Shown in pieces: positions 27,401 through 39,400 of a stretch of DNA of 64,000 nucleotides. Both the position numbers and the translations under genes were made by a program. Numbering within the stretch: the stretch's first letter is position 1; every line of letters starts with the position of its first letter. The notes under the pieces were generated by a model. That model was given only the letters and a program-made list of their open reading frames with translations, was not told where the DNA came from and ran no database searches. This stretch comes from Macrostomum hystrix (taxonomy: Eukaryota; Animalia; Platyhelminthes), in NCBI GenBank assembly GCA_950097015.1, contig CATNEN010000001.1, positions 21,452,001-21,516,000 on the forward strand, given 5' to 3'.

Positions 27401-30400
27401 TGTCCTTTAGCAAGACACTTAACTCTGCATTGCTTCAGTTCACCCAGCTGTTAAATGGGTACCAGCATTAGCTGGGATAATTGAAGGTAGGTGTGGCGTC
27501 CCCCCAGTCCATGGACTGAACAGCCGTACGCAGCCTTCAGATGCGCCGCGCAATAGCTGCGGCTGTGCTGTCGGCTGCACATATGACCCGATTAGGGCAG
27601 GTGTAATCAATTATTAATTATTATTATTATAAATATGTGCTATTAACAGTAGAGCGACCACGTAGGTATTTCAAATACCTACATTTTTCAGTTTCTGTAA
27701 CTCCAAAAAGATTCAACCATTCGTAGTGTCGTTAAAGGCGAAACGTTTTGATTCTGTTGGTGGACTTTCACAAAAATCGGTCATTCGGTTTGGGCGCTGT
27801 TGTGAAGTAGGCAGTGGGCATTTGAAATACCCGCGTGGTCTTTTACGGAGGGAAAAATAGAGTGTCCTTTCTACTGTTCAGCTAACCGAAGCTATGCTTG
27901 CTTGCTGACATAATCATAACGACCAAATGCATCCTGACCATCACTCCTCTGGCAATCTGACCATCACTCCACGGACATCCTGACCATCACTCCACTGGCA
28001 ATCTGACCATCACTCCACTGACATCCTGACCATCACTCCACTGGCAATCTGACCATCATTCCACTGACATCCTGACCATCACTCCACTGACATCCTGACC
28101 ATCATTCCACGGACATCCTGACCATCATTCCACGGACATCCTGACCATCACTCCACTGGCAATCTGACCATCATTCCACTGACATCCTGACCATCATTCC
28201 ACTGACATCCTGACCATCACTCCACTGGCAATCTGACCATCATTCCATTGACATCCTGACCATCACTCCACTGACATCTTGACCATCATTCCACTGACAT
28301 CCTGACCATCATTCCACTGACATCCTGACGCTCATTCTACTGAGATCCTGACCATCATTCCACTGACATCCTGACCATCATTCTACTGACATCCTGACCA
28401 TCATTCTACTGACATCCTGACCATCATTCTACTGACATCCTGACGCTCATTCTACTGACATCCTGACCATCATTCTACTGACATCCTGACCATCATTCCA
28501 CTGACATCCTGACCATCATTCCACTGACATCATGACCATCATTCCACTGACATCCTGACCATCATTCCACTGACATCCTGACGCTCATTCTACTGACATC
28601 CTGACCATCATTCTACTGACATCCTGACGCTCATTCTACTGACATCCTGACCATCATTCTACTGACATCCTGACCATCATTCCACTGACATCCTGACCAT
28701 CATTCCACTGACATCATGACCATCATTCCACTGACATCCTGACCATCATTCCACTGACATCCTGACGCTCATTCTACTGACATTTCGATGATTGACAATG
28801 GCATTCTGTTTGTTTTACGCATGAATGTACTCGTACGGTGATGGCTAACCATAGTTATTTCACTACTCAGGTGTTGGGTACTAATTAAATTTTCTTTCCT
28901 GCAAACTATATTTTATTGTTAAGACGGAAACGCAGGAGGAAACGCCAGAAACAACATTCGATAGTCAGAAGGAAGCTACGAAAGAGGTATTATTTGAGCA
29001 AAACCACTTTCAAACAGCGATAAGCAGCTAGCTCTCAGTTTAAATCATGATCCGCGCGCTACTCCACGTTTTGTCGAAGCTAAAACTAAAGTTTTTAAAC
29101 ATTGGATGGATCCGCATGGGTCAAATAAACAATCACTTAACTGTTTCTTATTTTTTAACTCAACAAAATCGAGCTCGTAAATAAATAACTTAAATAACTC
29201 GTATTTTGCTTTATTCTGCGTTAAAAATGGAGAATCCGTCTCTGCTAAAAATAGCACACAAGGGAGTGTCCCAATCGATCGTCAGTTCGAACCATATCGA
29301 TCGCAGCTTACTTTCTCTTTTATAAAAATAGCCGCGTCCAAAGTTCAACTGCAACCCCTGTTTACAGCTAGGCTCAAAGCAGTGGACTACTTCGACTGCC
29401 ACAGACGATTACTTATTCAGAAAGGAGTCATCACTGCAGCAGGAGCAGTCGAGCCACCAGCCCGAAGATCCATTCGCCGACTCCTACAATCAGGCGCAAT
29501 TCGTTGACTTCGAGGATGCCATGACAACCGCAGCTGCGGCGGCGGCTGCGGCGTCGTCTTCTCGCAAATCGGTGCAGTTTGATCTGCCGAAGTTGGTCCG
29601 CTCGCGGGAGCCCACTGATCTCGAAGGTGTTGACGTCAACTCACCCACCGGGCGCATCTTCGCTGAAATGGTGCAGCACCAGCGGGTCAGTAGAGCGCTG
29701 CTTCGCTTCGACTTCGCCAAAGTGAGTGACGAAGAGGACCGGGAAATGGAAGATGATGATGAGGAGGAAGAGGAGGAAGAGTCTGAAGACGACTCCGACG
29801 AGAGCGGAGGCGTTGACGAGCGGCGTGAGCTGACCGAGGTGGTGGTGTCAAAGGTTGATTCTAACTACAATCATAACATGCCTAACCCACCGGTGGAGGG
29901 TGCCAGTAACACAGTCATTGGAAGGGATCGCACAGACTCTCCTGAATTGCCGCCGCTCGACCGCAGATTCGCCCGCACCAGGTCGGGCCGCATTCTGCCA
30001 CGGGTAGAACAACGAGTTCGCTTCCCGAGCAACAACCTGGCAGCGACGGCACATATGGAGCTGCCTTTGGCGACTCCGGTCAGTTCCATGTCACCTTCCC
30101 GATTAGTGCTTCCACAGCTAGTCTCAACCCAGTCGTCGCAAGTCAGTGTCGACGCACCTGAAGATACGCTGGCAAATCCGCAACTTCCGAAAATGCCTCA
30201 TCGGCATTCAAAGCGTCATTCAAAGCGTCTCAAGCAACATCATCCTCAACTGCCGGTGATTCTATCGCCATCAACTGACGAGGCGACAGAGCAGCGAGGC
30301 TTCGTCTCTCGAAGTGTCACAAAAGACAGCGGCTTTCACGACAGCAATATGCAAAATCAGGATGACGATGCATCGCCATCATCTGAGGTTTCTGATTACA

Positions 30401-33400
30401 GCGAAGCAAGAACTTCTACAAAGAGACGTCGGAAACGAAGAGCTCAGAGAAGAGGACCACATGAGTCTACTGACGCTGCGGCCTCAGCCTTCATCGATCT
30501 GCAAGAATCGCCCAAGGATGCGGACAGCGTCAGTACTTGTGCAGTAAAACCAATCGAAAAGTAACGATTCCTCATTCAACTGATAGGCAGGCTGATCAGC
30601 TGTCAGCGTGGTTAGCAGCACGTGTCACCGTTTCCTCCTGCAAATTTCATCAGTAGGAAACTATAGAACTTGCCTTTCAGTGTTTGCTGATAAGTAGATG
30701 GTCATGGTCCATGCTAGTTTTGAACTCTTTTGCATTATGAAGGATTGTTACAGCAAGGCATGCCGACAAGCATTAATTTAAAACTGCCAGGTTTTTTATG
30801 GCTCTGCATTGTGTTTGCTGTAACTAACGATGCGCTATTGCATGCTAACGAATGGTGCCGGTTATAACAATTTTATACAGAATATTTTTTGCACTCATTG
30901 ACATTTCCTAACTCACAGATTAACTATTTTGTTGCTTAGTCAGTAAAACTCAGACGAAATAAGAAATAATTAATAGTCTCACCGTTTCTCGTTATTTAGT
31001 GACAGGTCTGATCCACTCATAATTTGATTATGGTTTTGCTGAGTGCACTCATTGGTCACCAGAAAACGACGTTAACTATAACTTTAGTTTTTAACGCAGC
31101 ACAAATGGATCATGGTTAAGCGATTTGTGACTTTGAAACATTTAACGCAACACTTCGCTAGACTCTTTATGCAAACATATAATTAACTTCCTCAAAATCG
31201 CAGGACTATGAAGGCCGGGCAAGCTCAAAGAAGATCGAGGAAGAGGAGGAGGCGGAGAAGGCACCGGAGCTCAAAGAGTTGACCAAGAACCGAGCGTGAG
31301 TCATTCAATTCATTTTTGGTTTTCCGAGCACTCACAAAATCTGAATTTTTTCTTGCTATTATGAATACTCAATATTCAAGATAATTTATTTTTACTCGAC
31401 AAATCGATTCGAACCCCAGTCTCTAGAGTAAATTACTGTTAAGTCACTGCGCTAGACCGCTGCGCCACGCACACCCTACTTCTTCCGCAGCGTGATGGCC
31501 CTATTTAAAAAGTACGCCTCGGACAAAGAGGGCAAGGACGGCGTGAACGCGCTCAGCCTGTACCAGGAGACGCTGGAGTTTCTCGACTTGCCTCCTGGCG
31601 TTGGAGAAAAGGCCAAGAAGAAGCGCGATGGCAACGCGCTCTACCTGTACAAAACCTACCTGGAGAAGGGCAGCAAGCGGCGGGTCGAGGTGACCAACGA
31701 GCGGTTGCAGCAGCGGCTGACAGTTGACAAGGATCGCCCGAAGACGCCAACGCTGAAGGATTTGTCATCTCACCTCCACGCCAAGCTCAACCTGCTGTTT
31801 GCCAACTTCTGGCAGGTGAGACAATAGATCTTCACTTTTAAATAAATCCCAGAGTTTAGGATTGTTGAGTTAGACTTCTAAATCTGAGCTTGAACTAGTC
31901 TACCAAGACATGTATTATTACTAGTATAGTTGTTCCACTCAGCCGGTCTACTTCAAGTAGTAGAGTAGAAAACGAACTCGTTTGTTAAATTATGATTTCA
32001 GGTCGTGTCTAAAAAAGGAGTAAGTGAGCAAGATGATAATTATTGACCATTTAACTCGATTTCAATGTAAAATTTCTTTTTCTAAGTTCGCTATGCCTTG
32101 TTTATGTAATTTGCATCGTAATGCACGCACAAAAATGGTTGGCTGTGTCTATCGCTTAAATCAGGGGTAGGCAAACTTATTTGCTAGCGGGCCAAAGAGA
32201 GAACCTAAAAGACGACAGCGGGCCGCATTGACTGTAGAAATATGAGACACGGGAGAGATTAGACACGGGAGAGATGTGACACGGGAGAGATTAGACAGGG
32301 GAGAGATTAGACACGGGAGAGATGAGACACAGGAAAGATGGGACACGAGAGATGAGACACGGGAGAGATAAGACGGGGAGAGATTAGACACGGGAGAGAT
32401 TAGACACGGGAGAGATTAGACACGGGAGAGATAAGACACGGGAGAGATTAGAAACGGGAGAGATTAGACACGGGAGAGATTAGACACGGGAGAGATTAGA
32501 AACGGGAGAGATTAGACACGAGAGAGATTAGACACGGGAGAAATTAGATACGAGAGCGATAAGACAGAGGAGAGATTAGATACGGGAGAGATTAGACACG
32601 GGAGAGATTAGACAGGGGAGAGATGAGACACAGGAAAGATGGGACACGAGAGAGATGAGACACGGGAGAGATTAGACACGGGAGAGATTAGGCACGGGAG
32701 AGATAAGACGGGGAGAGATTAGACACGGGAGAGATTAGACACGGGAGAGATTAGAAACGGGAGATATTAGACACGGGAGAGATTAGACACGGGAGAGATA
32801 AGACACGGGAGAGATAAGACACGGGAGAGATAAGACAGAGGAGAGATTAGAAACGGGAGAGATTAGACACGGGAGAGATTAGACACGGGAGAGATTAGAT
32901 ACGAGAGCGATAACACAGAGGAGAGATTAGACACGAGAGAGATTAAACAGGACACTGTAGATGTCAGAAGGGGCAACGGGCTGGATTTGGGAGCTTCGAG
33001 GGCCGCATCTGGCCCGCGGGCCGGAGTTTGCCGACCCCTGGCTTAAATAGTCCTTTTTATTTGAGTTTGTAGTTTCCGTCCGCTAAATTCTAGAAAGTTT
33101 TGAGCGAGAAATAGCAAAATTCTCTTGACAGGGAGTTGTCGATACATGAAGGCATTTGTGACAACTGTTCTACCTGTAGGGCATTCGTTTTCAATCTTTG
33201 CATGTTTCTTTTGTAAATCCTTTTCAATTGTTTCTGAACTGTGCATGTGAATTTTGAAACCTTGTCATGCCAGCCTTATACTATCAGTGCTGATCAGTGT
33301 GGAGGCGTATAGCAAATACTCTTTTCTGGGGATAAGAAAAAGGTTGCGACCTATTAGGGGGTTCCACCATGGATTCGAAGGGCTCTATTGTGGATTTGAA

Positions 33401-36400
33401 GGGCTATATCGTGGATTTGAAGAGCTATATCGTGGATTCGAAGGGCTATATCATGGATTTGAAGGGCTATATCATGGATTCGAAGGGCTCTATCATGGAT
33501 TTGAAGGGTTATATCATGGATTTGAAGGGTGCCCCTAGAGAGAAGTCAGTTATCTGATTGACCGTTGTCCCTGACTACGCCGCAGCTACTGTTAGTAGCA
33601 GTGATGCATTTTTTCAGTCGAAATTCATCAGAAGTTACGAAAGTCGTGCATTCACTCTTCCAGTTCCAGTCAGAGGAGATGGGCATTGACATGACTGCGC
33701 TGAAGAACATGTCCGAGAAGGAGTTGCGCATGCGAGCTGACCTCGAAGTTGGAGCTGGGGCGAAGCGCGGCAAAAAGGTTTGTCAAATAGTTATTTTTTG
33801 CTTCTCTAAGTAGACGCCAAGGAATGCTAATAATTGTAGCAAAAAAGAATAGTTTCATGGATTTTTCTGCCTTACGAGCTGGTTTATAACAGTAGGACTA
33901 CCACGCCGTTTTTTATACCACGGGGGTAATTTCTAAATACCTGGGTTTCGAGGCCCCGACGCCGACAGCACCGTCGCTGGGTGCCTCCAGCTGTCTATGA
34001 AGTCCTTAAAGCGAAATTCCCCATAATTTCACTGATCAAGCATCGATATTGGGCTACAATAAACAACTAATTGTTGAAGGTCTAGCAGATCCGTTTAGAA
34101 AATGCAGGCCGATTCGGGCGACGTGCTGATAGTTTTGAAGGCCTGGCAGTGCCGCACTGAGGTATGAAATACACTAGCGCTAATGGGAAAAAATATGACC
34201 TTCGGCCAGAACCATGGAATATCTCGACGGTCTGCAGGGCTGGCGACATGATTCTTGTTTCAGAAGATGCGCCAAAAAAGTTGACCCGTGTTCTTAAGTT
34301 TCGTGTGCTTGCGTTCCTCTCTGCTCGGGTACAGCACAAATAATTGTCACGGGGGAAATACCCTATTGGTAGTTTTAACTGTTAGACCAAATTACAGCAT
34401 TAAAAAAATTAAATATTTTGGGCCCACTCCACTTTAACAATGATTTTTTTCCTTAAAGTTGGATTCGAGTGTTTTCTACTCCCATTGCTAATTATCTCAA
34501 CCTATAACCACAATATCTGCTCATTGTAAAATAATCAGCATGTCCGCTTCTTGCCCATAATTTCAGTTTTCTTATTTATGCTTTTTGCATTTTTGTGCTG
34601 TAATTAACTGTAATTAATTAGATTCAGTTCATTAACATGTCAATAACATTCGGCCACCCTGGGTGCAAAACCGGCTTGCAGTCCGACCCACCAGGTGTGA
34701 GTCTCAGGTCCGACATCGATAAACATCAAAGGAGCCGCCGCCGCACCCGCCGCGGCGTCAATTCAAATGACGACGATTTTATGGCCGTCTTTGATCTCGC
34801 CGCCGCTCTGCCTCGCGGCGGTGGCGGCGGAGGCGGCTTTGGAGGCAGGAGAAGGGTCTACGACCTGACCGACCTGTCAAAGTACATCACGCACCCGATA
34901 TCAAACTTGCTGAGAGACTTTGTCCAGGTATTTTAAAGCGGCGCCTTTGATCCTTGCCACTATCATTACTCTCTCTTCCTCTGAGATCAACATGAGCACA
35001 ATTATCCATTTGAGAAGAGAAAGAACTGCCATTACAAACAGAATATCCTAATTTGCACTACTTAAAGTAGCAACTGTGCGTTGCCTTTCGACCCATCCTG
35101 ATTTCACTGCCTCTTGAACGAACTTCCCATCACCAAATAAATTTATTCACTTGGGCACAGTAGCTCTGCTGGCACCTGATTTTCCTCTGCACTGTCACGC
35201 ACACCTGACAAAAGAGTACAGTGCGACTGAGTCGCAGCCTTGCCGCTCTCACCGGTGCTGGCCGAGTCAGAAAATCAAAACCAAGAAGACGGCGCAAAGT
35301 AAGACTCTGAGGTTCTCCATGCAATACTCTTGCACAGAATACTTTTAGTATCTTCCGTAGTTGGTGCTATTTTCCTCACATTTTCTCACACTAAACCTTA
35401 AATTTTAAGACAACGATTTTTACGCTGCTACTGCTAGCAGTAGACAAGTAGTATAGTTTGCATTTTATTAACTTTTTTATTTTCATTCTTTTCAAATGTT
35501 ACGTCAGTTCTGTAGTGTTCAGCGAAAATGTAAGACAACAAGCTTATTTCATCTCTATACTGGTCAAGTAGCAATTTATGTTCATAAGAAAACTACATTT
35601 TTTGTTCAGGAGACAAGCAACCACGCTAGTCATAGCAACCACCAACTGGACGCCTCAAATGCGAGCTCATTGCTGGGCTATTCTAAGGTCTCAGACAGAA
35701 GCCGGCAACGCTTTCTTGTTTTAAATGAAGAGTGGCAAATTTCTTGTGTGCTTGTTTGCTTTTTTTAATCTGTCTTTTGATAGCTATCTTAGATTTATTG
35801 AAATCAATGAAATTCATCACTTTAGTTTTAGACCGCCAATTCGAATAGTTAGATTTTTTAATTCAAACTATCGTGAAAATTGAGAGAAAATTTCGCTTTA
35901 CTTACTTTCGCTTCCTCTACTCAACTTCACTACTATAGGGTCCTACTTTAAGTAGGATAAAGTGCAATTTGTTTCTATAACTTATCATGCCACATGTAAA
36001 GTTTAATCAAAGATCAAGAATTTATTGCGATGAAAACTATGACTCATAATTACATTTTTGTATTGATAAAAATCGCAGCGCGACACAACTGCGAAAGGAA
36101 TCAAGGCATCGAAAAAGTACACCAAGGTAAAAAAACCTTTAGTCAAATACAGTTTTTTGCAGCCTTTCCCATGAGCACATTGCCTAGAAACTATACGAGT
36201 GCGCTGAAAACATCTTGCTATACCTTTTGTGTACTGTGCATTCTATTTTTGTATTCTTTGAAATGTCTTATTTCAAACACGCCTCACTTTGCTTGAAGTA
36301 CCTACGACACCTGACAGCTTTCACACAAATCTATATTTTTAGAACTGTTTTGGATAAAAGTTTTTTGCATACCTTATAAATACGATATCTAGAAAGCTTC

Positions 36401-39400
36401 TTTTGAGAATGAGTTTTTTTGTCCTTTTGTATATTTTTATACGCTATCATTTACATTATAATCACGCATCGTACTGATAAAAATATAAACAGACTGATCT
36501 TTTAAGAAACGATTGTAAAACTTAGTTGAAAAGTTTTCTACGAATTTTAGCACGTGGCATGCACTTAAAAAACTACAATCTAGTAGACAAAAGCACTTTC
36601 GGTGTAATTTAAATTGGCGCCGGAAAGCGTTACAAAAAATCCAGAAATTTCTAAACGACTAAAACACCGAAACAGGCAACTGGAAAAGCGCCGCCAACAA
36701 AGGAGGACAAGGTGGAGTTCCTGGTGGCGCTGGAGAAAAATCTTAGCGGTCCCCTATCGCTGCAGATGCTTTACTTTTATCGCTACCTGATGCAGTACGC
36801 TGTGCAGGACAAAGTGCCTCATCTCGATAAGAATCTCTTCTTCTATGTTGAGGCTCAGAAGTACAAGGTAAGATATTGCAGTCACATATCTTTGGCAGGA
36901 TTTCTAGACTCCAAATCGCAATCTTATCAATTATTGCATGGAACCTTCAGGAATTTGCTCAGGGCGGCTGTGACGAAGAATTTCTTAAGCGCAAGATTCA
37001 CGTCATCAGCAGCATCTTCTTGGAGTCCGTGTTTCCCCCGCCGCTGCAGGTGAAAAAAACTGCTCAGTATCAAAATGTCACCTTCAAGTAGATATAAGTA
37101 CAAATTTTAAAGACTGGCAGGTGAATGCTCTCTTGTCTATGGCCAAACTCCCTCCCCGCACCGCCCAGATAACAATCAGCAACGACCTGCACCAGCGCAC
37201 CCTGCGCAACGCACAGAAGTACTCCAGCCCAAAGCACAAGGAGGAAATGAGCCCGACCATATTCGACGAGGCCCAGTTTGCGGTGTTCAAAGAGATGCTG
37301 CCTTACTGGGCAGGGTTCATGAAGCAGTGGACATCTGCTGGCAAGGAGTACAGGCCAGGTGAGAGCGGTCACATGAACCCATCTGTTGTTTATTTCGACC
37401 ACTGCCTATTTCTCCCACTCTGTCTATTTCTCCCTATCTGTCTATTTCTCCCACTCTGTCTATTTCTCCCTTATCTGTCTATTTCCCCCACTCTGTCTAT
37501 TTCTCCCACTCTGTCTATTTCTCCCACTCTGTCTATTTCTCCCACTCTGTCTATTTCTCCCTATCTGTCTATTTCTCCCTATCTGTCTATTTCTCCCACT
37601 CTGTCTACTTCTCCCACTCTGTCTATTTCTCCCTATCTGTCTATTTCTCCCTTATCTGTCTATTTCTCCCACTCTGTCTATTTCTCCCACTCTGTCTATT
37701 TCTCCCACTCTGTCTATTTCTCCCACTCTGTCTATTTCTCACAATCTGTCTATTTCTCCCTATCTGTCTATTTCTCACAATCTGTCTATTTCTCCCAATC
37801 TGTCTATTTCTCACACTCTGTCTATTTCTCCCAATCTGTCTATTTCTCCCAATCTGTCTATTTCTCCCACTCTGTCTATTTCTCACAATCTGTCTATTTC
37901 TCCCAATCTGTCTATTTCTCCCACTCTGTCTATTTCTCCCACTCTGTCTACTTCTCCCACTCTGTCTATTTCTCCCTATCTGTCTATTTCTCCCACTCTG
38001 TCTACTTCTCCCACTCTGTCTATTTCTCCCACTCTGTCTATTTCTCCCACTCTGTCTATTTCTCCCACTCTGTCTATTTCTCCCACTCTGTCTATTTCTC
38101 ACAATCTGTCTATTTCTCCCTATCTGTCTATTTCTCACAATCTGTCTATTTCTCCCAATCTGTCTATTTCTCCCACTCTGTCTATTTCTCCCACTCTGTC
38201 TACTTCTCCCACTCTGTCTATTTCTCCCTATCTGCCTATTTCTCCCTATCTGCCTATTTCTCCCACTCTGTCTATTTCTCACACTCTGTCTATTTCTCCC
38301 AATCTGTCTATTTCTCCCAATCTGTCTATTTCTCCCACTCTGTCTATTTCTCACAATCTGTCTATTTCTCCCAATCTGTCTATTTCTCCCACTCTGTCTA
38401 TTTCTCCCACTCTGTCTACTTCTCCCACTCTGTCTATTTCTCCCTATCTGTCTATTTCTCCCACTCTGTCTACTTCTCCCACTCTGTCTATTTCTCCCAC
38501 TCTGTCTATTTCTCCCACTCTGTCTATTTCTCCCACTCTGTCTATTTCTCCCACTCTGTCTATTTCTCACAATCTGTCTATTTCTCCCTATCTGTCTATT
38601 TCTCACAATCTGTCTATTTCTCCCAATCTGTCTATTTCTCCCACTCTGTCTATTTCTCCCACTCTGTCTACTTCTCCCACTCTGTCTATTTCTCCCTATC
38701 TGCCTATTTCTCCCTATCTGCCTATTTCTCCCACTCTGTCTATTTCTCCCACTCTGTCTATTTCTCCCACTCTGTCTACTTCTCCCACTCTGTCTATTTC
38801 TCCCTATCTGCCTATTTCTCCCTATCTGTCTATTTCTCCCACTCTGTCTATTTCTCCCACTCTGTCTACTTCTCCCACTCTGCCTATTTCTCCCACTCTG
38901 TCTATTTCTCCCACTCTGCCTATTTCTCCCACTCTGTCTACTTCTCCCACTCTGTCTATTTCTCCCTATCTGCCTATTTCTCCCAATCTGCCTATTTCTC
39001 CCACTCTGTCTACTTCTCCCACTCTGTCTATTTCTCCCACTCTGTCAATTTCTCCCACTCTGTCTATTTCTCCCAATCTGTCTATTTCTCCCACTCTGTC
39101 TATTTCTCCCACTCTGTCTATTTCTCCCAATCTGTCTATTTCTCCCAATCTGCCTATTTCTCCCACTCTGTCTATTTCTCACAATCTGTCTATTTCTCCC
39201 TATCTGTCTATTTCTCCCAATCTGCCTATTTCTCCCACTCTGTCTATATTTCTCCCTATCTGTCTATTTCTCCCACTCTGTCTATTTCTCCCACTCTGTC
39301 TATTTCTCCCACTCTGTCTTTTCCCTCATTGACTGTCTCCCATATTGCAGTTGTGGAGTTGTTGTCATTAGTTACAAAAGCAACTGCTAGAAGCCAACAC

